64,000 bases of DNA, from NCBI GenBank assembly GCA_043228905.1, contig JBHGNT010000003.1, positions 744,001-808,000 on the forward strand. The letters are read 5' to 3'. A program made the position numbers and the translations under genes. Shown here piece after piece: positions 9,743 to 22,899 of this stretch. Source of the stretch: Azolla caroliniana. Lineage: Eukaryota; Plantae; Polypodiophyta. Position 1 is the first letter of the stretch; every line of letters starts with the position of its first letter. Below the pieces are notes generated by a model. That model did not search any database. It was not told where the DNA came from and saw only the letters and a program-made list of their open reading frames with translations.

Positions 9743-11520
9743 AATGGAGGCATTTTTTAGAGGGATCTTCTTATCAAGTCACTATATTCAATGATCACAA
9801 AAATCTGGACTACTTTTGGAATGCTCATGACAGTATTAAATCGACGTCAAGCTCCATGGGCCTAATTCCTCACTCGTTTCAACTTCAAAATTACATATCT
9901 TCCTGGGAAGCAACAAGGGAAGGCAAATGTGTTATCACGACGCTCATATCTAGCACTAGGTCCCGGGAGCCAATATTCAATAATCAAAAGCAAGTAATCC
10001 TGGGACCGGCACGACTACAAGCAACGTGGGTTTTCGATACACCATTGGATTCCCACATTATCGATACCATATGTGAAGACTTGAAGACAAACGCTTTCGC
10101 TCAAGCCATTCTTCTAGCACAAATTGATCCCTCTCGAGCATCTTGTTCACAATCGCAACAACCAGGTATAGACTATCGACAATTCGAATGTCATGATGAA
10201 TTACTAGATTCTTTAAGAAACTCTTGTATGTTCTAATGGTTCTTGTCGCCTTCAAGTAGTCCAAAATTGTCATGACACATATACATGGGGGCATTTCGGT
10301 AGTACTAAAATGTTGGATTTAGTACAATGATCATTCTGGTGGCCTCATATGCGACGATTTGTCGAAGACTATATTCAAACATGTGATACATGTTGCAGAG
10401 CAAAGATGCCAAGACATCATCTATATGGTTTATTGGAACCATTACCAATTCCATGCAAGTTGTGGCAATCCATTTCTCTAGATTTCATCACAGATCTTCC
10501 AGTTTTAAAGGGATTCGATGCGATCTTAACAATAGTAGATCGATATATGAAGATGGCACAATTTCTGCCTTGTACTAAGGAAATCACTAGTGAAGAAACC
10601 GCCGAAACTGTCATGCGTGAGGTATGTCGGCATCATGGCCTCCCCGATAGTATTATCAACGACCGTGGACCCCAATTCGTCTAGAAATTCTGGAAGCATC
10701 TCTCAAAATGCTCAAGGTCACTTGTAACCTCTCCTCTGGCTACCACCCGCAAACAGATGGACAAGCAGAACGAACAAATCAAACGTTGGAATAATATCTT
10801 CGGTGTTTTCTAAGCTATCAACAAGATGACTGGGCGGATATTCTCCACTTTGACGAATTTGCATATAATAACTCTATCCACTCATCAACTAGGGTTACAC
10901 CATTTTATGCTTATATAGGCTATCATCCTCAGTGATGTGTATTCAAAACTCCAGAGTTACCCACAAATCCTTGTGTAGAGGATTGTTTGGAGTGGCTACA
11001 CAAGATACATGCAGACTTATCTACTCATTTACAACAAGCTCAACAAGCATAGAAGGATTATGCAGATCGTCATCGGCTTCCATTTAGATTTAACATTGGA
11101 GATCGGGTATGGCTATTACGACGACACATCAAGACTACTTGCCCATGTGATAAATTAGACTATCAACGATTAGGTCCTTTCCGTATTATCGGAAAAATTA
11201 ATGAGGTTGCTTTTCGTCTCGATCTACCTCCACAACTACGGATACATCCGTTTTTTCATAGTTCTCTTCTCGAACCGTATCAAGACAACACTATTCCAAA
11301 TCGTATTACACCACCTCCACCCCCGATCAAGCGTGAAGTAGGACCGGAGTACGAAGTAGCTATCATCCTTGATTCCAAGATTGTTCGCAACAAGCTCTAC
11401 TATTTGGTCGATTGGCTAGACTATAGTCCAAGCGAGTGTACTTGGGAACCAATCGAGAATGTGGTAAATGCTTGAGTTCTTGTTGAGGACTTTCATCGGC
11501 AATATCCCGACAACCCAGCC
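9743..11520 (+). mobile_element. 3' part of the same chromovirus pol: end of RNase H, integrase and chromodomain (degenerate)
   Basis: WRHFLEGSSYQVTIFNDHKNLDYF..LNRRQAPW continues the RNase H broken at 2493. Zn-finger CDTCCRAK; core WQSISLDFITDLP...IINDRGPQF; [14 protein letters not shown]; GPF motif; chromodomain EYEVAIILDSKIVRNKLYYLVDWLDYSPSECTWEP (~11345-11510). No LTR seen. Confidence 0.95.
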
Positions 11521-11534
11521 CGAGCTGCCGCAAA

Positions 11535-14500
11535 TGCTAGGGGTGGTAGTCTTGCACGGCTAGACCGCATATACATCAGCTCGTCCCTTGAAGAGTTGGG
11601 GGGCTCCTTCGCTATCTTGGCAAGTCTTACCTTCTTTGATCACCAGCTGATGAGACTAGACCTTAACCCACCCCGCGGTAGCAAGGGGAGTCTCAATGTG
11701 AAAATCCCCACAAAGATCATGAAGAGTGCAAAGGTGAAAGCAGGGTTGCAGAGCGTACGACAGGAGACCATTGTGAGTGAATCGGCCAGTGAGGATTTGC
11801 AGAAGAAATTGGCCCTCTCCTCCTCCTTTTTACAACAGGAAACCAAGTTGGCCCTCTAGCAGGCTAGAGCCATTGAAACAAAATTATGGAAGTCCGTTGC
11901 GGCCGCGCAACGATTGCTACAAGCAGACCCTAGTTGCAATTGGTCTAGAGCTAAGTTGGAGGAAGCAAAGATGAAGCTGCGGGAAAGGACGTTGGAGAAG
12001 AACCGAATGTTATTTCCAAGGACCGCAGCATGGTGAGCTAGAATAGACAACAAGGTCAACCATCATTTCTTTCACTCCAGGGCACCCAAGGGTGGTGGTG
12101 GACATATACAAGATCTGGGCAAACAAGATGGCTCAATAACGGAGGCCACACAATACTATCGCGACCTGCCCGCACCCATGCATATGCGGCAAATCATAGA
12201 GTTGGCCGAGAGGGCGTTGGCTTGCATTCACCCCAAGGTAACCCATGAGATGGAAGTTGTGCTCGATAGCCCCATTTCTCGATTAGAACTCTCAGAGGCA
12301 CTTAGGGATTTGCGGAGAGGAGCATGCCCAAGCCCCGATGGTCTCTCACGAGATTCTTTGGGAAACTGTCATCCCGTCATTGGAAGTCGGGATTCAGGAG
12401 ATTTGGACCTCAGGAGCGATGCCAACTGTCTTGGCTGAGGGGATGATCTATCTCATCCCTAAAGCGGCAGGGCGAAGCCTTGAGTTGCGCCAATGGTGTC
12501 CAATCACGATCCTTAATACGGTATACAAGATACTCGCAAAATTCCTAGCTAGGCAGATAGCAAGCTTCCTACCAGACATCATACATGAGAATCAAACAGG
12601 GTTTATCAGGGAGTAGGTGTATCTTTGATAATGTGTTGCTTCTCTGGGAAGTTATGGCATTGGCAGATCGCGTCGTATCAAGCTCGTCTATTCTGATGTT
12701 AGACTTTGAGAACGCCTACGATGGGGTGTTATGGCCCTTTTTGGAAAGAGTGATGAGAGCTATGGGCCTTCCCCAACAATGGAGGAATTGCACTTCTGCA
12801 CTCTATCGGATAGGTACCAGTAGCATGTTGGTATCTGGTGCTAGGGGCCACGCCTTCCAACTACATCGCTCAATGAGGCAAGGTTGTCCCCTAGCCCCAT
12901 ATCTCTATCTATTTGTAACTGAGGCTTTCTCTGCCTACTTACAAGCACCAAGCAGCGGACTGAGGGGATTGCCCATCCCCAATGTGACTGAGGATCTTCT
13001 GTTATTTGAATATGTCGACGATATGGTCCTTTTCTTGCAGGGCGATGATGCAAATTGGCAACGAGATGGACATCTTGTTGATGACTTTTGTCAGGCTGTT
13101 GGTGCCAAGGTCAATTGGGATAAAACCCAAGGCCTTTGGATTAACGAACAAGAGAAGCCAAGGTGGCATCCCCATGTTGATTTTGCATGGGTCCCTGATG
13201 GGAGGACATTCAAGTACCTTGGATTTATGATGGGGAGGGCAATCCCCAAGGGAGCGCAATTGTCCCATGTGCCAGCCAAACTAAGCAAGAAGTTGAACCA
13301 ATGGAGTAGGTCTAAACTATCCAAGCTGGTAGGGTTCTTATTGTGAACCAAGTGATGCTCGCCACCATGTGGTACTCAGTCTCCTACTGGATTATGAACC
13401 AAGTATGGTAGGCCTTGGCCTGACTCCTTGAATTGGTGTTGCACGAGCGAATCCCACCCAAGATGGCTTGTCATCCGGAGGAGAGGGTCACGAACTCCAT
13501 CTTGCGAGCATGGTGTCACGTACAACATCATTTGGTCAAGCACACGCCGGAGACACTAATCGAGTGGTCTAGAAAACCATTATTTTGGAACCCTCAAGTG
13601 CAAACAAGTGACAACATGATGTTAGGGCAACTTAAGGTCCTAGAATGGGGAAAGCGGGCGCAAACAGGTCTCCACTCTATAGATGATTGGAGACACATGG
13701 TGGCATTAGGAGGATCCCAGGAGGTCCCATTCCCTCCCCTCAAGGGAGCCATGAAAATGCGGAGATTGATAGTTGAGGCAGTTGATAGGGTTCCGATGGG
13801 GGAGGTGAGAGAAGATGCTTGGTTCAGTTTCTTTGATGAGGCTGGAAGGGTTAAGTTGCTGAAGGGTGCGAGCGAATCAGGAAGAGATACAATTTTTGGG
13901 AAGAGTAAGAGTAGGGGCTCTTGGCACCCAATCCGCGTGGTGGCGCAGGTTGATAACATCTGGAAGACAGACCTAGATGTTGCTAAGGTGGAACCCCATT
14001 GGAAGTTATCGGTATATGGTTGTTGTCCCCTCGTAGAACTAGAATGGGACCCAGGGGATTTCAGGTAGAAACATGATGGTAGATTTCGCCATTTCTTCGA
14101 GTACAACACTAAACTGGGCCGGACTTTTCAACTGTAGTTAGACGGCCCCTTAAGCAATGGTTAGTGTACATTGGGCATCCCTGATGAGGTGCTCATTACC
14201 TTTTGGAAGGGTCTCTGGCGTCTCCACATGCCGGGAAAGATAAAGTTTTTTTGGTGGCAAATCAGTCATAATGTGGTTCCCGTTGGTGAATGGCTAGGTA
14301 AACGTGGCGGCCCGTTAGGCTGCCCTCTTTGCCATTCATCTATTGAGACTTTGAGGCATTGTCTGTGGGATTGCCCTCAAGCTCAAAAGGTATGGAATAG
14401 AGTGACTCGCCTCCTTGCGGCATGTGAAGTGGAAGGAACAACATCGTGGAGTGTTGCGGCATGGATTGATCACTCCGTTGATAGGTGAACGGACGCCTTC

Positions 14501-15128
14501 AATGCAGATAGTTAGTGCTACGTATGCATGAGAGGCAAAATCGCCAAGATTCGATTTAAGAGAGGCTTGCAATCCGCATCCCCTAGGTTCTCGGAAATTT
14601 GGATGCTAATCGCAGGCTTCACCCTGTGGTATGTATGGAAAGCGTGTTGCCTAAAGGTCTTTCAGGATCTAGTGCGGTCCCCGGAGGAAGTGATAATGGA
14701 CATATGGTTTGTGCTTATCAATAGCCTACGAGGGCAATTGGACGAGGTTTGCAACCATTCCAATGACGTGGTCACTGCCCGTTTGCGCTTTTGGTAGAAA
14801 TGGCAGAACACGCCTATAGTGACACAAGGAGGAAGTGGCCCGAGGGGGAACTACCAACCCCCACGCTGGCTGTTTCTGACTCACTTACCACCCTCCCTTC
14901 ATTGTCGACCCCAGGAGTTGTCTCATACTAGCCAACACTAAAGGGCGTCGTTTTTAGCTATAGGTACTTACATTAAGTAGTCAGTCGGAAAGGCGATGTA
15001 ACTAGTCTCATTTTCTTGAACTTGATCAGAGGGAGATTCCTCGATCTATGTGTAAGCCTCCTTGTACAGTCTCTTTGTAATAATCCTTCCTAACTAATGG
15101 GAAAGTAGCTTCATTTTGGAAAAAAAAT
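11535..15128 (+). mobile_element. 5'-truncated L1-like LINE (end of endonuclease, RT, zf-RVT, A-tail), pseudogenised
   Basis: ARLDRIYIS (endonuclease end); PSPDG; WCPITILNTVYKILAK; LDFENAYD; RQGCPLAPYLY; EYVDD; FKYLG; zf-RVT KIKFFWW...CPLCHSSIETLRHCLWDC; 3' end taactaatgg...ttttgg(A)n. Confidence 0.95.
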
Positions 15129-15219
15129 AATCATGAGTCAAATCTATGCTTTCTTAATGATCAAATTATCACAATATAGAAAACATTAGCCTTACATATG
15201 GTTATTTTATATTAGTATA

Positions 15220-15605
15220 CATAGATCCTAATATTCGTGTACGTCCAATTTGGTGGACGTATGCGAACGTTTGCATACATTCACGTATGATACACGATAT
15301 TCATTTTGGACCCTTTTTTTCCTTTTTGGTTTTTTTGGGGGTTTTTTTCTGATATTCATAATTCGTTGCAAACAGAAGTGACGTTTGACACACGTACACA
15401 CACACACACACCCTCTCTCTCACACGAAAACTGACAAATCTTCTCTCTCTACATAATCTAGATACACACTCAACTTTCAAGGACTGACAGAGCTTCTCTC
15501 TCCCTCACACAGACAAAACCCATAGCTCCTCTCTCTCACTCTCGCTAGACATATACTCAACCACTGTCTCCTCACACATGCAAAACAAGGCTTCTCTCTC
15601 TAGAC

Positions 15606-15656
<51 letters not shown>

Positions 15657-15700
15657 TCCCTCTACCACTTTAAGTGAAGAAATAAAAAATAAGAATTCGG
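15220..15700. mobile_element. Probable left end of a hAT-type non-autonomous element
   Basis: Starts CATAGAT like the TIR at 38637, followed by ATTCG/CGAA-type subterminal words and a CT-rich leader. No right end found. Confidence 0.3.
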
Positions 15701-15759
15701 TCTAATACAACTATACCTAATATTTATTGAGTTTAACCATTGAGTTGGTTGACAATATT

Positions 15760-16514
15760 ATTATTTTTTCAATAAAAAACTACTTCCATTAGTTAAGCAA
15801 TGTACAAAGGATAATTTACAACTCATATCTTACAAGACATCTTGCATGACGAAGGAAAACAATATGTGTAGATGAAACAACAAAAAAATAAAACAACTCC
15901 AAAGCACCACATCATTCGATGTGTATAGAATTACTCGAACGCATATTCTCCACGTGAGCCTCATACAAACAAAATTCAGCATAGATGTCCTTCATTCACT
16001 CCTCATGGCAGCACCCATCTAGATGTTAGGTACACTTGGAGGGAACAGCCACCGTGGTGGTTGATAATTCCACTTCACTTTACCATCCATTATCTGCAGC
16101 ATCGACGAACCACTCCATTTCAGCAAGAAACGAGCTCTAGCTTCTTCACTTGCGTCAGATGGCCCTTGAAGACTTTCAAACTCACCTCGCAACGTAGAAA
16201 TAAGATTGAACTAGATCATCATTAAATTTTCAGCCAGTGGGGTTCGTTTACCTGCGAAAGTCTCCTTGCACCTAGATACCCACACTTGCCAGACCGTAAG
16301 GCCAACCACTAATACCCATATGTCCACACAACGTTCCTGTAAGAAGAATAAACCTCCTTGCGATGGTTGCACAGATCCTTGCATCACCTTTAAAGAAGGA
16401 CTGTTTCCATTCCACCCTTGAAACCACGAGGCCGATTCAATGGCCAACCAAGTGATTGCTACGCTCGTTACATGAACCTCAACCCCGAACCGAGCCAAGA
16501 TTCTTAAGCTTCTC
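15760..16514 (-). mobile_element. 5'-truncated L1-like LINE 3' end with 14 bp TSD
   Basis: TSD tggttgacaatatt at 15746-15759 and 16515-16528. Minus-strand ORF has GLTVWQVWVSRCKETF and WNYQPPRWLFP, and the same taactaatggaag tail as 15091. Confidence 0.92.
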
Positions 16515-16829
16515 TGGTTGACAATATTTAATTAGTTCTCAATAATATAATGATCATCTTCATTTTGCCTTCCTAAATTTAAGACCAATTGCCAATATGT
16601 CATGAAAAATAGACATTTTCCCTTTATTGAAAGGATAAGCTTGAATAGGTTAGATTGATATCCAAATACCGGAGATTCAAATTTATAGCTTATAGTATTT
16701 GTGGTCAGTAGTTGGATACAGTGTGAAAGAAGAAGATTATCTTATGTGCAAAAGGGGACCACCAGACAGACTCGAAGGCTCTGAATTGCGAGACACTGAG
16801 ACACCAACACAAAATAACACAATTCAGTA

Positions 16830-17872
16830 CTCGCGTATACTGGTCATAAATGGATTGTAGATCCTGATCCGATCAAAGTACAACCCAATTGGCACATATG
16901 TATTCATGAAAACACATGGCTACGTAAGGTCAGTTGGGACCCTTTGCAATGGACATGGCGTGATCCCTATGCGGGGCAAGGAAGCAAACCCATCCCTTTC
17001 TTCCAATTCACAACTAGATTGGGTCGCCACATTCTAGCCGCTCAAACTGCCCGAGAGTCGGCTGTTGCGAAGGTCTGGCACACATTTCAAGTTCCTCCCA
17101 CAATAATCACCAAGTTTTGGCAGAAAATCTGGAAACAACAACACGCGAGGTGAATTACCAAGTTCCAATGGCTATTAATACATAAGTCCCTACCGGTGGG
17201 AGCATGGCAATGTGGGAACCTTAGCTCTCCTAATTGTGTAGAGTTCCCACATGCAGTAGAATCAATACAACATGCTTTGTGGGACTGCCCAACGTCCCAT
17301 CAAATATGGCAGGGGGTTGGCCACTTGTTGCAATTATGCCAAGTGCAAGGCTCAATCAAGTGGGGAAATATATGTTGGCTATCATGGCAAGCCGCAGTTG
17401 GCTGATACGAGCATCAGGAGGAGGGGATGACTTTGGTGATAAAAGCACAAGAGGTTTTTTTCTCCTCCAGCAGCAATGTCCACTCCACTCCTCTTAATGA
17501 CAAATCTCAAGAGGTGTTGGAATTGGTCAGCCCAATAACTCTTTGGATTCTATAGAAACAACGATGTAGGCGAGTCTTCTCCAACCAAACCGCACATCCA
17601 ACAAGGTTACTGCAAGAGATATGAAGTGAAATTGTAGCCACTCTGAAGAGCCAATATGATGGCCTTAAGGGCGGCTCCGAGGGAGTTGAAAGACAACGAA
17701 TAGCCTTCATCAAACAATGGTCGTCCTCTCCCTTTCTTGAGTTAGTGGGCATCCACATAAGATGGAACTATCACGTCCCTTCAGGGATTTGTACATAATC
17801 GTCTCATTTGTAAAATTGTATAACTAATGGAAGGAGTTTTTTTTTGGAAAAAAGAAAAAAGAAAAGAAAAAA
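16830..17872 (+). mobile_element. 5'-truncated L1-like LINE (zf-RVT and 3' tail)
   Basis: FWQKIWK..ITKFQWLLIHKSLPVGAW, ESIQHALWDC; tail taactaatggaagg...ttttgg followed by an A-rich run at 17848-17872. Confidence 0.9.
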
Positions 17873-18629
17873 GGTTTAGCCTATTTAGGTGCAATAAGAC
17901 ATGTACCAAAGACATTGAATTGAAAACCAAAATTACGGTCTCTTTTGTTAAGAAAATTTAAGGCCAGAGATTCCAAAAACATGTTTTCATTATATGAGTA
18001 CTATCTAGTATGAAGACTTAGAAACTTTAACATTGTCTAATAGTCCTTGGAGTTAAACTTTTCATACAAGTTGGAACTTTATTGTTGCTATTAGTATTGT
18101 GATATACCATTCGGTCTTTTATCGAAAGTTTAGAATTTATAGTAAATCGTTATAAAAAATAAAAAACGGTACAAAAATCAACATAAAATTGCCTTCACCA
18201 ATCAATGCCTTTCACATACTAGAATATGGAGCTTGCAGGTCAAATCATTAAGAGCTCCTTACTATATTTTTAACATTTATTAATATTCTCGGTTAGAATT
18301 AAGGAATAACTTGAGCTGACAAGGTAATCATTGCCTTAAAGATGAATATCAAGGAAACATATAGCCATGGAAGTTAATCTTGTTGTTAGCATCGATTCAT
18401 TAGTTATCTAAACTCATATCTATATATCCATCATAACATTGTTTTTCAAGGTTTAACTTTACTTTTCTATAATCTCTAAATGATTATGAGCATTTAATTT
18501 AAGCTTAATATGCATTGGAAACCATGTTATGATCCCAATTATAATTAAACTTCCAGTTTAAATATTGAGATAATGAGTTCTAACTTCTAAGTCTTTTATA
18601 CAAGCTTCTAACCACTTGAATTTTTAGAA

Positions 18630-20040
18630 GGGTCCACCAAATGGAGCCTCATTCCATTGGCACAGTTCGTTGGATTGTGAAAGGGGATCCATTAGACCCA
18701 TCCATCCCCTCGACTTGGGTGAACTAAGAACGTGACCAAATGTATAATTGTCCGAGCTGCATTATAGTCCTTACCTGACCAAATATAATTGTGCACCAAT
18801 CTCTGAATTTGATGTATACTTCCTTTGGAGATCATCTAGCACAATAGGTTGTACCATGTTGTTGCAAGCAATACATGATTTCCCACTATGATGAAAGTTT
18901 TTTCAAGCTCCAGGGTATTAACTTTTGTTGAATGGAGTGAATATCTTGTGCAATCATCCTCTCAGGAGGAGTGTTGAAGCCAATTTGGAAATCCAAATAC
19001 CCGATCCTTGCTCCTTAGTTGACCCATGTGAAATTGGGATCTGGGCACCAAGCTGGATATGGTTCATCGTATAGCCATATTGCACAAGATTTATGCCAAT
19101 TGATCATGGTGTTCGATCTCTCGCAAAACAAAGATAGTCCACTTTCTGCTTCTATAGATTCTCCACATCCCCTTGCATTTAGACTACGAAAAGGTCTACA
19201 AATGCTATATCCAAGAAGCATTAGTGTGAGTGCAACACAAGAAGACCAAGTAGCTTTAAATGCCTCACGTTGACGAAGCTAGAGAGTGTTTCTGTGTATA
19301 TAGAAATTGGGAGCATGCATCCCTATTGCACAGAGTGTGATATTTGGAAGAAGGGGCCACTTTCACTAGCTAGTGATGCGCGACTATTGATATTCTATAA
19401 AGGGTTGTAGTGCCTTTAATCCATGACTCTTGGAAGCAAAATTTCCCATCACTCTTTCTAGAAAATCCCAGCATACCCTATTGTATGCTTTCTTGAAATC
19501 TAGAAACACCACATCTACATGGTTGTTGGTATACTTGGCAAGGGCTACTACTTCCAAGAACGAGAAGAGGTTGGTTAGGATTCTCCTATTTTTAACGAAG
19601 CATATATGGGAGGGGTGAATGAGTTGAGGGAGAAGGGGTGTTAGGCGATGAGCCAGGATTCTTGCTAGAAGTGTGTAAACAATATTGAGAACAGTTATGG
19701 GCCACCACTTACTGATGTTGTTGGCCTTCCCACCACCTTTGGGAATGAGATGTATCATCCCTTGTCCAAATTCCTTCGACATATTACCAAATGTGATAAT
19801 CTCCTCATATTCCTGGAGGAGGTCTTCTTTAATAATATCCCAAAGGCTAGTGGAGAAGTGAGGAGTTAGACCATCGATATTGGGGCAACTATTTGCATCC
19901 AACTCGGAGAGTGCATCCCATATTTCAATGATCAATAGGGGGCGAAATGATCAATAGGGGGCGAGTAAGCCATGTGTTCATTTCAGTTGTGACTTTTTGG
20001 GGTATGCTTTGGACGAAATCTTTATATGGAAATCTGTTGT
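18630..20040 (-). mobile_element. Degenerate L1-like LINE RT fragment
   Basis: ORF 19384-19935: CPNIDG, IHLIPKGG, WWPITVLNIVYTLLARILAHRL, LDFKKAYNRVCWDFL. Downstream INWHKS and YLDFQIG motifs. Confidence 0.9.
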
Positions 20041-22503
20041 TGAATGATGAGTAGGAACTTTGAAAAGCAACTTACTTTGAATTCAATAACGCCATTTCAT
20101 CATCGAAACAACATCATATTCAAATTAAGTCACCTTTGACTCATTGACATCTTAAAGATGTATCGATGAATTAGAATTTACATATCACAATGACATTGTT
20201 ATTTATCAAAGCATGAGAATGCTAAAAAGAGAACTTTTATCAAGACATTATTTGTTTCACCTCAATATTCTATTCATTAACCTTCTCATCTTCTCTATTA
20301 CCACATTAGTCCATTTTCTTTTGTTGCTAGTTATAAAACATTTATTTTCTTCTCTATTATTACGTTCATTTTAACATCACACAAAAAGCTTTATAACCTT
20401 TCCATGCACATGACTGTATCTTTTTGCCCCGTACATTTAAAGGAACCCCTTGTATAACTACACATTTCCAAGCTTGATGAAAACCATTAAACTATCATCA
20501 GTCTATTTCATCTTAATGTAGCTTGGCCAATGTTACATGTGCCCCAATGCCATTATCATCAGTTATCGACATGGCCAAATCAAGTACCTACTTTGATCAT
20601 CATTCAAACCTTTAAAAACATATCAATATAACAAAATGGGAAATTTCTATGTTTCTTGTATTGCATGTACCAATGTTGGTTTTCATATTTGTTGGAAATT
20701 TTGAAAATTATTGTTGATATTTCTAGCAATTTACTAAATTAATAATGTAAAAAAATCAAATGTTATTGAAAATAGCTTAATTAAAATATTTATGTTTTTG
20801 AAATTCAACAATTACGAAGATGAAATTTGTCGGTCTTCCAATAATGTTGACATTTTCGGCTTTTTGAAAAAGAGTTTGAAGTGTCACTAAATTTGTACCA
20901 CACTTTCAATCACTTAAAGGCAATGATATTTTAATATTGTATTAAACATGATCAATATGTCTTATGCTTGTTAAAACACTCTTTAATGACTAGGAATGAG
21001 TTAGATTTGAGGATTCCCACTAGTTATAAAAGTCTTACTAAAAAGATAGGAATTCCCTTGCATTGTATTTTGAATCATCGTTTTATTTAGAATCTAGATA
21101 ATATGTAATGCGGGTTTTCTCCCCCACAATCACTAACAATGCTATAGTTCCGTCTTCTATGATACTAGAATGGGATGTAGACATAACAAAAATGGATATA
21201 TGTATATATATATATATATATAAAAGATATCTGATCAGGATGCTTTGATGTCTAAACATACCAAACAATGATACATGTGAAAGAACTATGTAGAAGTAAG
21301 TAATGGTTTTGTGCAAATTATTTCTATTAGATTCATGTAGTTACATATTCATGATAATGTACTGATTGAATTTTATTATTGTAGCTGGAGTAATGGAAAC
21401 TTACTTAGGATTCTTGAAATCATTATGGTTCTTTTGTTTTAAAGTAAGTTGGGATTTAAGATTGAGGGTTAAGACCACTCTATGCTTCAAGTTCAAAGTA
21501 TAGGATTTTTTATTGAGCAAGTGGTGCTTTAGGTCTTGGGTTTTGCATCATACATCTATCAAAGCATTATACAATATCATGTCAGTGTTGGAAGGATAGT
21601 GTTCACGCATATTGAACCCTCATGTTGCAAACTAACACATTACATAATCGTAAAGTAATTCAAGAGGTATTTAGGTGAAGACGTCACATAGTATCATTGA
21701 ATTTAACATATTATCACTAGGGAGACCTCTCTCTCTCATTATAAAAACTATATAAGCATTTGAATAGCCTTATTACCACAATCCATTGAATTTCAGCTCC
21801 TCATTGCACTGATTTGTCTAAAGGTCCGATGGGTCAAATTTGATTTGAGGACATAATAAAATCAATTTGTGTCTCTCAAATGATGTAATAATGCACAATT
21901 GTAGAACTAACAAATAGACTAGATGCACAAACTAAATATCAAGGGAATCGAACTGAGAACACAACTTGCATATTCATAGGACACCTAAACATTGGCAACT
22001 CCATTATTCACAACAATCTTACTCCCACTTTCAATTCCATGGGTGTGGAATCATTGCAAATCTTTTATTGAACAAAGGTATTACGCATGGGACAATTATA
22101 CCGTAATCCACACTATTCCTCAAAAATAAAAATAACATCATTTTTTAAGTTGGGGTCATAAACTTGTGGTGTTAGAGGAAAAACCCATTGTCGAGGTGTC
22201 AATCACCAATTTGCCCAAAATCTAGCAAATCTTAAAGATGTACACACAACATTCTTACAATGAATTAGACACTTAAAAACGTGAATGCAAACTATATTTT
22301 AACTTACACACATGAGTACATTCACTTCTCTCTCAAAATTATTGTTACGCCTATATTGGAAGTTCACCATTGGCCACCTAGGGTACGAGTCCAAATCCAT
22401 TAAAGCTAGGATTTTCCAAAATTTGGCCTATTTTGTAGGTAGGCCAAGTCCTAACATAGATGTATATATGTTAGGCTTGCCGTCTGCGAAGACTTTGATC
22501 ATA

Positions 22504-22543
22504 ATAACTAATGGAAGGTATTTTGTTTTGGAAAAAAAGAGAG
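22504..22543 (+). mobile_element. ~40 bp ultra-truncated LINE 3' tail with 14 bp TSD
   Basis: taactaatggaagg-tattttgttttgg-(A)n between TSDs agactttgatcata at 22490-22503 and 22544-22557. Confidence 0.82.
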
Positions 22544-22899
22544 AGACTTTGATCATATGTTTATGCCCCAATTGGTTCTTCACATAGTGCTCAAGAGTAC
22601 AATATTGATTGAAAATGTCATGCCCCTTACTCTTAGCTAACTACACCATCAATTTGATTGACATCCTGTTAATGGTACATGATGGACATTGACACGGTAA
22701 GACAACATTTAAGCCTTGTAGTATAACATAGAAGGGTGTCTCCATGCACTCTAGCATCTCTCTCTAACTAGTCATTGACCAAATAGATCTAATCGATGTA
22801 AATATCTTATCTTTCAACGTAAATTAGTCACACAACAATGTTCAAGTTCAACAACTTGAATACTAGATGGTAGAAATCAATCACCATAATTAATTTATA

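Noticed and set aside
14175-14215. Additional hammerhead at ctgatgag (also 45574)
   Set aside because: No helix II followed by GAAA; these lie in LINE coding sequence and an intron end.
20200-20620. Copia GAG-pre-integrase remnant on the minus strand
   Set aside because: Only a faint WH..GH word; too decayed to support.
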